63,916 nucleotides of DNA, taken from assembly GCF_001194135.2 (NCBI RefSeq), contig NC_068984.1, forward strand, positions 51,022,115 to 51,086,030, read 5' to 3'. Below are positions 1 through 12,646 of this stretch, piece by piece (positions within the stretch are counted from its first letter, which is position 1; the number at the start of each line of letters is the position of its first letter). This stretch comes from Octopus bimaculoides. Taxonomy: Eukaryota. The translations under genes and the position numbers were made by a program. The notes under the pieces are model-generated. The model had not been told where the DNA came from and made no database searches. It worked only from the letters and a program-made list of their open reading frames with translations.

Positions 1-43
1 ATATATGGGAGAATATACAAATAATAACAACAGACGAGGACAT

Positions 44-212
44 ACATACGACGGGCTTCTTTCAGTTTCCGTCTACCAAATCCACTCACAAGGCTTTGGT
101 CGGCCCGAGACTATAGTAGAAGACACTTGCCCAAGGTGCCACACAGTGGGAATGAACCCGGAACCATGTGGTTGGTAAGCAAGCTACTTACCACACAGCC
201 GCCCCTGCGCCT
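44..212 (-). mobile_element. tRNA-derived SINE family A, 5' half
   Basis: Matches other copies in the window (2956-3312, 24345-24752, 48815-49155, 52380-52780), e.g. TTCCGTCTACCAAATCCACTCACAAGGCTTTGGTCGGCCCGAG. Confidence 0.85.
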
Positions 213-232
213 CCTACTATTAATATTGCTGT

Positions 233-264
<32 letters not shown>

Positions 265-271
265 TCACCAT

Positions 272-303
<32 letters not shown>

Positions 304-560
304 AGACTTAGTTTCTTATGATTACCAGTCGTAGTGCTGCCGTTGTTGCTGCTGCTGCTGCTTCTGTAGTTGAGCTCTTGTTGTTCCTCTTGTTGTTGTT
401 GTCGACTGATGACGACGACGATAACGACGATGACGATGATGATGATGACGATGATGATGGTGCTGATGACGATACTAGTGAACCTATTCATGCCGACCTT
501 CCGTTGTTGTTGTTGTTGTTGTTGTTGTTGTTGCTGTTGTCGTTGTTGTTAATGTCATTT
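213..560. repeat. Compound trinucleotide low-complexity tract (CTA/GCT/GAT/GTT)
   Basis: Read directly; it explains ORFs 111..491, 127..321, 318..572 and 370..552. Confidence 0.9.
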
Positions 561-621
561 AGTTTTTTGTAGGTGTAGTTGTTTACTTCCCCCTCCCCCC
601 TCGTCTCCATGTCATAATACC

Positions 622-738
622 TCAATGAATTAATAAGCTGTAGCCGAAGACATCCTCGTCGTATTCGCAGGTGGCAAAGTCCATTTCGAAAGGGATTCGG
701 ATAGTTCCAGTAGGTCCAGTGACATCGTAGATTCCCAT
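622..738 (-). CDS. Candidate small ORF or exon, MGIYDVTGPTGTIRIPFEMDFATCEYDEDVFGYSLLIH
   Basis: Manual translation. Non-repetitive island between microsatellites with strong RNY codon bias. No homolog recognised. Confidence 0.2.
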   Translation of the reverse strand: MGIYDVTGPTGTIRIPFEMDFATCEYDEDVFGYSLLIH

Positions 739-748
739 CGCTAATGCT

Positions 749-780
<32 letters not shown>

Positions 781-802
781 TAGTAGCAGCAGCAGCTGCT
801 AC

Positions 803-839
<37 letters not shown>

Positions 840-1861
840 GATATTGCTGGTGTCTAAGCAAATCTAGGATAAATTCTGCTCTAGATATAACCGTCCTATC
901 TTTTATTTAATCACAGATGTACAAGGAATTAAGATCTGAAATAATTTTTTCTTTATAAGATGGTAGTGTGTGTGTGTGTGTGTGTGCGTGTGTGTGCGTG
1001 CGCGCGCGCGTGATTCGAGTGAGATTTAGTCGCTATTTCAAGCAAGCTCCTTTATTGATGCGGTACTATTTAATTGTAGCGATGTCGTTCTTTCTGTTGT
1101 TACGACAAAACAATTACTTCTTTGCCTATATAAGAACATGAAACCAGCAAAGGGATCTGAAATTTGATTATTTGGAAGAAAAACCTCTGCTTGTGGTCTT
1201 TCAATTACCTCCGTCTGTTATAGAACTAGGCCGGTTTTTACTTGCATGTCATTTTGTAGACGCTCAGGGAATTACTTGTGTTTCAGTTAACTAGAAATAT
1301 CCCGGCAATGAGAAATACACTGTATAGATTTCTAGATAAGAATTTAAATTTTGGCCACACTCACAAGAGAAAGTGAATTCCTCATTGCATAATGGTAGCA
1401 CTTCATAGGCCAGTGCTATTATTATTTATAGCGATGAAATGAATCAGTTTTATAAATTACAAAGTATCCTAACCATGGAATGAGACAATCGGGCATGGCA
1501 CTTCGGGCGTTGATGATATGGCACGGCTTGCTAGACACTCAACCTGTTTCGATGACAGTACATTTTGGTACAGAAGACAGAAGACAGATACACACACACA
1601 CACATACACTCACGCAAACACACACACACACACACACAAACACACACGCACATTCTCATGGGTTTCTTCTACCAGTGGACGTCAATGTAATTTATTAAAA
1701 CATTCGTGGATGAGAGGTATTACACAGTATAGTGGTTAGTCAGTCATTATACCTAGCGATGTTACTAATAATGATGTACAGAGCATATGTAGGGGGAAAA
1801 AGATAAACACTAGTGTTAATATTTAGTATACTCACACACACACACACACACACACATACAA

Positions 1862-2054
1862 TTATAAATAAGGGCAAAAGAAAAATTTCTATGCTAATAT
1901 GCTGATGAATAGACTTTAAATCGTCAAACACCACATACAATATACATCACTATAAATACAGATCGTGTTTGACGATTTAAAGTCAGCATATCAGCATATT
2001 GCCATGGATATCAGCATATTGGCATAGACATTTTTCTTTAGCCCTTATTTATAA
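1862..2054. mobile_element. Foldback (MITE-like) element with ~70-bp inverted arms
   Basis: Perfect 20-bp inverted core at 1912-1931/1965-1984. Arms extend to TTATAAATAAGGG...CCCTTATTTATAA. The right arm carries a ~20-bp tandem duplication. Confidence 0.65.
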
Positions 2055-2145
2055 ATGTTTATAGTTTTCACCTTAAAAGGTATTGTAATATGCTGGCTAC
2101 TCGATGAAACTTTTTGAAAAATTGTATCCTATATTAGAAGTGTGT

Positions 2146-2187
<42 letters not shown>

Positions 2188-2274
2188 GCACACGCATATT
2201 AGTTAATAAAGTGTATGGTATAGACCTGGTAGTTTGTCGGTAAAGCACGTTCACTGGCTCAGTATTCGTTGGGT

Positions 2275-3538
2275 ATGTGATTAATGAGAGAGCCGGAAGA
2301 TGGAAGATATGCGAATCTTTATTGATCACTACAATTGTTTCGACCCACCGAAGGATATACTTAAACCAGTAGTATAGTATCCCACCCAGAAGGGTTTAAG
2401 TGTATACTTCGGTGTAGATGTGTCTCTTCGAGTGATTTCAAGAGATATCTCGTTAAGATAAACTGTTTCGCAAGATTTCTTCTAGGTCTTCGTATATAGA
2501 AATGACAAATTAAGGGATACAGCTTCATTCTTATAGAAGATCCATAAGAAAGATCAGTTACAAAAAGATATAGTGCCTACCCTTAAGTTTAAAATTAGAT
2601 TAGCCCTGTGGTCAGATGCCCAAGAGGTAATTGGATGGTTTAAGCAAACTAGAAAATAGCAAAACCACTAAATTCTTACAACTTCATATCGAGAATTACT
2701 ACGCCACTCTTAGCCCGATCCATTTCAATAAAGCCTTGATTTACAAAATCTGTGACTCCTCACCAAGCGGTCATATCACTAGCCACTAATAGCCACTGAC
2801 TTTCTTAATAACAACTTAATTCTGTGTGCCAGTTTATCTGCGGCAGAGCACACGTGTATGTGTGCTTGTATATGCGTATGCGTTTGTACGAGCGAGTGTA
2901 CGTGCACCAGATCGCGTATGTATGGGCGTTTGTACATCCATACCCTCTTTTACTGGAGCACCGCCTCTAGTCGAGCAAATCAACCCCGGGACTTATTCTT
3001 TGTAAGCCCAGTACTTATTCTATCGGGTCTCTTTTGCCGAACCGCTAAGTTACGGGGACATAAACGCACCACCATTGGTTGTCAAACACTGCTAAGAGAA
3101 CAAACACAGACACAAACACACACACATATATATATATATACATATATATACGATGGGCTTCTTTCAGTTTCCGTCTACCAAATCCACTCACAAGGCTTTG
3201 GTCGGCCCGAGGCTATAGTAGAAGACACTTGCCCAAGATGCCACGCAGTGGGACTGAACCCGGAACCATGTGGTCGGTAAGTAAGCTATTTACCATACAG
3301 CCACTCCTATCTAATACTTTTCTCGCTGTATTGTGTACTTATTTCTTTTTATATCTGATCTTTCTTATGAATCTTCTTGAAATCACCCGTGGAGACACAT
3401 CTATACTGAGGGATACACCTAAACCAGTTGTATAGTATCCCACCCGTAAGAGATCGATGCTAGATAGGTCGAAACAATTGTAGTGATCAATAAAGATTCT
3501 CGTATCCTCCATTTTACGTCTCTCTTATTAATCCCATA

Positions 3539-3540
<2 letters not shown>
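2275..3540 (+). mobile_element. Internally deleted Penelope-like element with inverted pseudo-LTRs
   Basis: 2275-2450 and 3372-3540 are inverted homologs. 2606-2760 translates with a frameshift to LWSDAQEVIGWFKQ/ENSKTTKFLQLHIENYYATLSPIHFNKAL, resembling Penelope RT motif F-Q-DI--FYPSI. Confidence 0.7.
2956..3312 (-). mobile_element. SINE family A, near full length, nested inside the Penelope relic
   Basis: Shares both halves and the central (TA/CA) tract with the other family A copies. Confidence 0.9.
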
Positions 3541-3588
<48 letters not shown>

Positions 3589-4149
3589 AATATATTTATA
3601 TAGGCATATTTTATATACGCATATACTTTTGTATGTGTTTGTTTGTTTGTTTGTTTGTTTGTTTGTTTGTTTGTTTGTTTGTATTGTGTCTGTATGTATG
3701 TTTGCATGCATGTATGTATCTATGTACCTATGTATTTTCCGTGTGCCCTGAACTCTTCACGGAATCGTAGGAGTGCCGTCATGACGTTCACATTGTCTCG
3801 TGCATTTAGACCTAGCGGAGCCCATCCCTCTTGAAGTCTGATTACAGTGATTTCACCTGCTTTCTTCCCGAGAGGTATAGAGAGAGGTAGAGAGGTAGAG
3901 AGAGAGAGAGAGAGAAAGAGAAGAAAGAGAGAGAAATAGAGGTTTAAAAGTATAACCTGTGACAAATATGATTTGTTCTCTTTTCGTGTCTTACACACGC
4001 GTGCGCACACGCACACTCACACATATACTCGCACGTACGCACACACATACACACACGTTTAATGCAAGATATATAGTCATATTTTATAAAGGTATCAATG
4101 TATTTGTAGGTATATATCAAGATTCTCACCTGTGTGTGTGTGTGCGTGT

Positions 4150-4151
4150 GT

Positions 4152-4236
<85 letters not shown>

Positions 4237-4393
4237 CGTATGTAAATGGATGTATATATATGTCACCATGTCAAATTCCTATTCGTCGATGGAGAAATTT
4301 TCATGACATTTACTTAATTTCGTTAGATTGTTTACCAACCTTTCGTCTGTTATCAAAACGGTATATATCATCATCGTCGTCATCATCATCCTT

Positions 4394-4426
<33 letters not shown>

Positions 4427-4447
4427 GTCATCATCATCATCATCACT
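4150..4447. repeat. (AG)n and (ATC)n microsatellites
   Basis: Read directly. Confidence 0.95.
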
Positions 4448-4869
4448 ATCACTGAGGAATAAATAATGCGAGTGATGATAACTGAAATACAATTATGATG
4501 ATTATGATCTTGATGTTCAGTCCTAGAACATCCTTGATCATATACTCCAATTATGAATGTTGTTGAAGTCGCGACCAAGAACATTAGCTTACACTGCTCT
4601 GACTGCTCCTTCTTGTGTTGTTATTTTCAGTGAGACAGAATCAGTGTTCGGACTCTATCCTGGACGCAGCACAGAAGACGGTGAAGTGATACGAACATAT
4701 TACTGTATACCTCAGTGAATGAGAACTCGATCATAAGAGCCAATTTAGGAAAAGTTAAAAATAAAAATAAAATGGTTAACATCTTTATGCTCTGAATTCA
4801 AATCCTTATGGCATTCACTTTGGTTTTTAAGCCCACACACACATAACGCTTTCGTTTGTTTCCCTCTTA

Positions 4870-5000
4870 AACCTTTCTGTCGGAGAGCGTAGGCTCGAAA
4901 TGTCTAAGACTTTTCCATTCTTCCCGAGCGTTAAACTAATACAGCTGCTTGTTGTTCCTTCACCTGTCATCGTCTTTTCTGTAAATTTGAACTATTTATG
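4870..5000 (+). mobile_element. Small repeat, possibly a Penelope-type pLTR fragment
   Basis: GAGcgtaggCTC-GAAA stem followed by CACCTGTCATCGTC. A related 3' end occurs on the minus strand at 36200-36270, and a shorter one at 1-45. Confidence 0.4.
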
Positions 5001-6077
5001 TACATACACGTTTACTTAATGTATGTCTGTTCACTGTTATTGCTAGACAGGAACAGCTTCTCTTTTTTTTTTTTTGCTTCACTTATTCGGTGTTGCTGAT
5101 TCTTCGGTGGCTTAGTTGACATCAGGCATTTTGACATTTCTCTCGTTCTTTCCCTTCCTCTTACCATCTCTCTCGCTCTTACCATGTGCGTGATCGTATA
5201 TTTATCTTTATGTGTATGAGGAGCTGGCAAATTTATGACATTAATATTCAATTAATAAATTGTACTACTCCTCTCTCTCTCTCATCTTCAATCAACTGTT
5301 TCCCAGAATTATGATTTATCTGTTGTTGCTGCTACCCATGTCGAACATGATCTACAAAACTGCTATCTCGGCGTTCCAGCAGAAAACATCGAAACTTTTT
5401 AGATAGATATAACCACTATCACTTAACTGAATATGCCATTTCATCGGTTAAGACGTGGGCTATGATTTGGGGTGTAATTGTGCGCGGACTTTCAATCTGC
5501 CAGATATAGGAGTTATTTCCTCTTTCACACCCCTATAACACTTTTAGAAACAGGAGGATACTTTGTATAATATAAACCTATGATGAAACAAAAATATGGA
5601 ATGGTCAAAAACGGAAAACCTTTGATTATAAGTCAGCTTGTTATTTAGAGCTCACATGTGTTAAGCAAACAAGGACAAGACTACAATAAAAAAAAACAAC
5701 AAAAACAGCGACAACCGCAACTACAGCAGCCATATTAACAGCGGCAACAAGAACTGCAACGTCCTGAAGGCTTTTTGGTTCAATAAATTTTATTGTTTTG
5801 TAAAGTAAGGAACCTTAAGTATTTACATTTATTTATTATATTTTTTAACCCTCAGAATATTCTTTCACTTCTGTAGTGTCTGAAGCTTGCCAATGATATT
5901 TGTTAAGTCACCACAAAGCCCCTTCCTTTAAACTGTAATTAAGTCTTGTACATTAAAAACAAAAAGCATTATCTTAATATAAATGCATATATACATACAC
6001 ACGCTATCTCTCTCTCTCTCTCTCACACACACACATATGCAAATGTTTGTGTGTATGTGTTTATGTGTGTGTGTATA

Positions 6078-6887
6078 NNNNNNNNNNNNNNNNNNNNNNN
6101 NNNNNNNNNNNNNNNNNNNNNNNNNNNNNNNNNNNNNNNNNNNNNNNNNNNNNNNNNNNNNNNNNNNNNNNNNNNNNNNNNNNNNNNNNNNNNNNNNNNN
6201 NNNNNNNNNNNNNNNNNNNNNNNNNNNNNNNNNNNNNNNNNNNNNNNNNNNNNNNNNNNNNNNNNNNNNNNNNNNNNNNNNNNNNNNNNNNNNNNNNNNN
6301 NNNNNNNNNNNNNNNNNNNNNNNNNNNNNNNNNNNNNNNNNNNNNNNNNNNNNNNNNNNNNNNNNNNNNNNNNNNNNNNNNNNNNNNNNNNNNNNNNNNN
6401 NNNNNNNNNNNNNNNNNNNNNNNNNNNNNNNNNNNNNNNNNNNNNNNNNNNNNNNNNNNNNNNNNNNNNNNNNNNNNNNNNNNNNNNNNNNNNNNNNNNN
6501 NNNNNNNNNNNNNNNNNNNNNNNNNNNNNNNNNNNNNNNNNNNNNNNNNNNNNNNNNNNNNNNNNNNNNNNNNNNNNNNNNNNNNNNNNNNNNNNNNNNN
6601 NNNNNNNNNNNNNNNNNNNNNNNNNNNNNNNNNNNNNNNNNNNNNNNNNNNNNNNNNNNNNNNNNNNNNNNNNNNNNNNNNNNNNNNNNNNNNNNNNNNN
6701 NNNNNNNNNNNNNNNNNNNNNNNNNNNNNNNNNNNNNNNNNNNNNNNNNNNNNNNNNNNNNNNNNNNNNNNNNNNNNNNNNNNNNNNNNNNNNNNNNNNN
6801 NNNNNNNNNNNNNNNNNNNNNNNNNNNNNNNNNNNNNNNNNNNNNNNNNNNNNNNNNNNNNNNNNNNNNNNNNNNNNNNNNNNNNNN
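6078..6887. other. Assembly gap. Other gaps: 13921-13930, 27365-28325, 29683-30051, 30527-30536, 30937-31188, 36359-36478, 39525-39534, 49159-49377, 50274-50482, 52994-53083, 55260-55603, 56789-56798, 60678-60687
   Basis: Runs of N, most of them flanked by microsatellites. Confidence 0.98.
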
Positions 6888-6925
<38 letters not shown>

Positions 6926-7072
6926 TGTATGAATGTATGAATGTATGTATGTATGTATGTATGTATGTATGTATGTATGTATGTGTGTGTGTGTATGTAT
7001 TTGTGTTGATATATGTGTATGTCTGCATGTATATGTATATTTATATGCATGAAGAGAAAGAGAGAGGTATTT

Positions 7073-7105
<33 letters not shown>

Positions 7106-7622
7106 AGCCATTTATGGCTTCAACGGACTGGTGCATGTTAATTTTCCTCCCCTACACACGCGCGCACACATCACATCTATACATGAAAGCATGAAAAAGT
7201 TTATAGAAGTCATGTTACGTAAATATGTTTACATACATAAGTATCACTCTATACATACATACATACATGCACACACACATATATATATACATGTATATAT
7301 ATATACACATATATATATATATATATATAAATATATATTGATAGATAGATAGATAGATATATACTTGTACATTTGTTTATGTATATATATATATATGTGT
7401 GTGTGCGCACGCGTGCGCGTGTGTGTCTGTCTGTATGGTATGTTATAACTTTTCTTCTGTTATATTATCTTATGTATGAACTACACTGTAAATGCTAAAA
7501 CTGTCAAACATACAAATATAAACATACGCTTCTGGGCAAACACAAAGGTGCTTGTATGTACTGTCAAATTATCATGCAAGTTTGTGATGTATATACTATT
7601 CCATACTTCTGCATGAACTTAC

Positions 7623-7691
7623 TTCTACGTGATTCTAGTTGCTTATTTGATTTCATTGTGATCAATGCATGCTGTGAAAATCCCTAATTTT
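7623..7691 (-). other. Candidate exon, possibly containing a start (MKSNKQLESRR)
   Basis: Acceptor ttttttcacttcttcactttactatttag and perfect donor gtaagt. No homology recognised. Confidence 0.25.
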
Positions 7692-8475
7692 CTAAATAGT
7701 AAAGTGAAGAAGTGAAAAAATTTTACGCACTGCAGTTTATTACTGGTATGTACTTTGTACCTTCGCAAATAAATATAAAAGGGAAACTTTAAACAAGATG
7801 ATATGTTCCATTGTTGTCTATTGAAACTGTATGGATAGGATTTTTTTGTTTGTTTTGTGTAGGGGAGGAAAAATGTGTAGATGCATATTTTCTGCTTGTA
7901 GAAGAAACAGAATCTAGTTTGGAAACTGATAAGCAAGAATATTTGCTAAACATGTTTAGAGAAATTCTGTTTTAAATATTCCTACAGAAAAAAAAAAATC
8001 CACCACCCGGTCCAGTCGTTGTTGTTTTGCAGTGACTTGTGTACCTCAATAACCCTTAGAGCTGTGCCAGCAGAACGTAAGCTCTCGTACGACCATTCGG
8101 TAGAACTTCTCATTAGAGATCGAAGAATAGCGGAAAAACTAATGAACACTGCTTCGCAGAAAAGAGTTTCTTCTATAGCCTTATGCTGACCAATGCCTTG
8201 TGAGGAATAATGGTAAATTATGCACATGCACATACACACACTCACACACACATACACGAGTGAGTGGTCAAATGAAAGGGAAAGGCTCTTAACACATTAG
8301 TAGTAGTTACATATATTATTATTCAAAACAGTTTGAGTCGGTCCCATGCGACATAATGTTTCGCAGGCATCTTACAGAAACCTAGCTCGTTCAAGCTCAG
8401 ATAACTTCCTGTATCTTTTCATTCAGTTACATAATCCTGAACGATATAAGCTTCTCTAAGTTGCATGGAGCCGAA

Positions 8476-8754
<279 letters not shown>

Positions 8755-10478
8755 CGTCTTTCTTATAACAACCAGCACTTAGCCGAGGTAACAATCAAGA
8801 GAGGTATCTCTTTCAAGGAGATTCCTGTTCGCCTCTATTATTTGTTATAGCCCTGATGCCACTTTCTGTAGTCCTACGCAAAGTCAACGCGCATTATGAG
8901 CTGAGAAGAATGGACCTCGTCTCAATCACGTTCTCTTCATGACTCATTTAAAACTGTTCGCAAAAACAGAGCCTGAAATGGAGAGGCTGGTTGAGACTGT
9001 GCAAATGTGCAGTAAGGATATAGGGATAGAATTTGGTATCTCGAAGTGTGCTGTTCTTACTTTGAAGCGGAGGGAAAAGAGTATATTGTAAGGTCATAGA
9101 ATTGCCAAACAGAGAGAGAATGGAAGACCCGGATGATGATGGGTACAAGTACCTTGGTATCCTGGAGCTGGACAATATCTTGCATAAAGAAATGAAAGAC
9201 ACGGGCATCACTTCATATTTCAAGCGCATTAAACTTCTTTTGAAATCAAAACTCAACTCAAGGAACCTTCTTACTGCCATCAACATACGGGCGGTTGCTC
9301 TAGTCCGCTATAGTGTACCCATCCTGAAATGGACACGAGCAGAGATTAACCAACTCAATCGCACTACCCGAAAGACAATGACAATATATGGTCCCTCCAC
9401 CCAGAGGCGAATGTACACAGATTCTACATGAAGAGGAGAAAAGGTGGACGTGGGATGATCAGCGTACGGGAGTGCATCAGCAAAGAAAGAAGGAACATGG
9501 CATAATATTTGGTAAACAGCAAAGAAGACCTGCTACAGTATGCTGCTAGTGCAGAAGGATTTAACAAAAATGGACTTGAGAGTGCTTTGGAATTCCGATT
9601 AAGAACAGCCAACGAGACAGAAAAAACCCAACTCCGCATGAAATTACATGGTCAGTGTCACTGTAAAACCAACAAATTAAAAGATCAGGAAGCATAATGG
9701 AGGTGGCTTAGCAAGGGTGACCTATAAAAGAATATTGAAAGCCTAATCATCACTTCCCAGGACAAAGCACTGAATATGTACCACACAAGTTTAACGGACC
9801 TCTGCAGAATGTGTGGGAAGACGGTCGAAAGCATGACTCACATTGTTAGTGCTTGTGAAGGTCTTGCGCCGAAAGAGTACAAGCGTAGACACGACAAGGT
9901 AGCCCAAAACATCCACTGGCTACTATGTTGTAAGTATGGATATGAGGTTACGGGTGCTTGGTACCCATATACACCGGAAAAGTTAATAAACGAAAAAGGG
10001 ACGGCAAAAATCCTCTGGCATTTTGACTTCCATACAGGCAAGGTATTAGAGCACCGAAGTCCGGATATAGTAACCTTTAGAAGGGACAAACAAGACTGCC
10101 TAATAATGTATGTGTCTGTGCTAGAAGAACAACATATCATCATGAAAGAAAGGAAAAAAGGTTTATAAACAAGGAGACCTGAGATCGCTAAAATGTGGCA
10201 GCTACGAAGTCAAACATAAAGGCTATCCCTATTGTTATCGGAACATTGGATTCAATACCACCCAATCTGAAAAAAACAAACATCTGAAGACTTTAGAAAT
10301 ACCCCACACTCTAGGTGTATTGCAAAAGTCGGTATTACTTGGAACTGCACGCATATTGCGTAAAGTACTGTCTGTCTGAGATCCTTGTTGTGACTTGAAA
10401 AACAGTACAAACCCCCGATGGACACAATATCTTCAATCAACAATCTCACGATATTGTATACTATGCGAGGTCTATAAT
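8755..10478 (+). mobile_element. 5'-truncated R4/Dong-clade non-LTR retrotransposon (RT C-terminus, CCHC, REL endonuclease), pseudogenised
   Basis: Frameshifted translation gives TIKRGI..QGDSCSPLLFVIALMPLS, NHVLFMTHLKLF (degenerate YxDD), YKYLGILE, CRMCGKTVESMTHIVSAC..RRHDKVA, RSPDIV and GTAHILRKVLSV* (stop at 10377-10379), then a 3'UTR and (ATA)n tail. Confidence 0.9.
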
Positions 10479-10490
10479 AATAATAATAAC

Positions 10491-10558
<68 letters not shown>

Positions 10559-10570
10559 TGATGATGATGG

Positions 10571-10601
<31 letters not shown>

Positions 10602-10602
10602 A
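10479..10602. repeat. (AAT)n/(GAT)n tail or target microsatellite
   Basis: Read directly. Confidence 0.95.
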
Positions 10603-10611
10603 AAATGCTCT

Positions 10612-11010
10612 GATGCAGTGCCAGGCAGTGACTCTCATGGCTGCTCATCTTAACTGATTGGAAGTGTTATCATGTACATTAATTTATCTTGATATAAAAG
10701 ATGGGCTACAGCAAATATTCTGCTCAATACCACACATTTGCTTGCCAGTTGTTTGACCTTAACCAGTTGAGCATAACCCTTAGTGGCTGACGATATGTGC
10801 ATCTCTGATCACAAACAGAAGTAGTAGGGCAGCATCATAGCCATATGTTGTGAGGAATCCTTTGGGATTTGGATATTTCACCTTTGGAAACATGGGTGTT
10901 TTGCTCATCATCCTTGAAGCAAATCTTATTCAGGGGCCTTTTCAGTGGAATGGGCTACTCAAACTGAGGAAGAGTTTAACTGGACCCCACCTGCAACATC
11001 ATGCGGTATT
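10612..11010. mobile_element. Probable interspersed repeat (SINE-like), recalled as abundant in Octopus
   Basis: Non-coding, higher-GC block that I recall as a common octopus repeat. Only one copy here, so not verified within the window. Confidence 0.45.
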
Positions 11011-12069
11011 TAAGCAGAGAAACGAGACAAGCAACATAAAGAATATTCCCCTTCATCAGTTGTCCTTGTTTCATCTACTCCGCATTTCGAGGGTAAGGAC
11101 AATACGCGACTTCGTTGAAACAGTCCAGATACATACATACATACATACACACATACTTGATTTTTACGGTGGAGGAGAGAGAACTCAACGCGTAGATTTT
11201 AAAAATTTTTCTTGTTGACTCATGAGATTTGAAAATCTACAATTCGCGCGCTCGCGTGTGTGTGTGTGTGTGAACGTACACACTTATGAGCATATGATTT
11301 TGTGGTGCAGATGTCTGGTGGATTCTCTGTGTCATATCTAATATGTGTTCTACACGTTTGTGTCATTCAACCTTGGGTGTGCGCACGAATGTGAAAGATT
11401 TTGGGTGTATTCCTATTCCTGTTGAAGTTATCCACTTTTGGTACCATGAGACGTGGAAGTAACAACAGTAATAACAATGCAATTTAAGTCTATATACATC
11501 CTTGGTTCATTTTCCTATTTCTATTGTTATTTTACGAAAAAAAAATGCAGCAAAAACATTGGAATGTATTATCGGAAGACATTAAAAGACTGAAAAGTCC
11601 TCGTGGTGTCAATGAGTGCTGTTATTTCGGTAGTGTTTGAAATAGAGTTGGTGTAGGAGGTGATAGTGTTAGGTGCGGGCTTGTTGGGAGTGCTGTTGTT
11701 GTTGTTATTAGTTTTGTTGTTTAGATCTGGGTCAGCCCAATCAAGCTGACCTATATTCAAGGCTTTTCATCGATAATCATCTCGTCTTTCCTTCAGGATT
11801 ACATTATCCATCGATTATATTATCCAAAGCAGCAGAGTGTGATTCGAGCGAGATTTACCTGCTATTTCTAGCAGAATCACGAACTTAAGAAGTGACCCCC
11901 ATTATTAACGCGTTTGTGGTATTCAGGTGCGCGCGATGTAGGTGTTACTACGCTTGTCGGTGATAGTGGTGTTATTGCTGCTGTCCCCGTTGGATGGCGA
12001 CTGTACAGTTGCCTACAATTATTCTATGGCCAGAGTATTAAAACTAAATACTAATTTTACTTTTAATAA

Positions 12070-12400
12070 CATCAAACATTATCCAGAATGATTAAAAGTT
12101 TGTCTGATATTTTGTAAGTTCTCCTTTAGGTAATATAACTATTTTCATCCGATTAAATATGGATTTGGTTAAATTATTGAAGACAGACTGATTCATATTT
12201 ATCGACAGTACGGTCAATTCCTTCAGCTCTGCAATTGATGTAATTATGGATCATCTTGCTCGCAACATTCTATCTTTATGTTTCAATACATGTCCTATTG
12301 TGTTAAAATCGGGGCATTGAGTAACCCATTCCACGTGTTCCTTGTAGGTTTGAGCTATCTAGCTTGTACTGCACGGCGCTCCTTCTTGAGTAATGGTTGG
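12070..12400 (-). pseudogene. Tc1-type transposase C-terminal relic
   Basis: Minus strand gives EWVTQCPDFNTIGHV...ELKEL...NLTKSIFNRMKIVILPKGELTKY, matching Tc1 W-PQSPDLNPIEH...SMP-R...VI--KG--TKY. Confidence 0.7.
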
Positions 12401-12646
12401 GTAATCGACCTTTAAAAAAGATCTCCGATCTTCCTGTCACCCACAACGAAGATATTCACTCTGTAAGCGGAACAGTGCAAATATTTAATACTTTTCTCGC
12501 GTTTAAAATGTGAATTTGCTTTCGTTATTAATATTTCAACGATGGAGCTTTGTATCTTTGTTAGAAACCAACTCCTTGGAGAATTCGAGTAATTGAGAAT
12601 AGGAGCGAACATGTACATACATTCATGCGATGAATATATGTCAATA

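Noticed and set aside
111-491. ORF with an apparent transmembrane helix (IIIVIIIIVIVV)
   Set aside because: The helix derives from (ATC/GTC)n and the C-terminus runs into a SINE.
965-1012. (TG)n(CG)n tract able to form Z-DNA
   Set aside because: Such tracts recur throughout the window, so this one is not locus-specific.
5928-7111. Long ORFs of 300-400 aa here and at 27263-28531, 29578-30293, 30739-31472, 48986-50693, 55042-55723
   Set aside because: They span N-gaps (X residues) and dinucleotide repeats; not real coding sequence.
11005-11120. CTGATGAAGGGG and CCCTCGAAA on the minus strand
   Set aside because: The order would require a type II hammerhead, but no stem I forms.
11569-11760. 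Minus-strand N/T-rich 63-aa ORF
   Set aside because: It starts within a degenerate repeat motif also seen near 41160, 43410 and 47610; the rest is low complexity.
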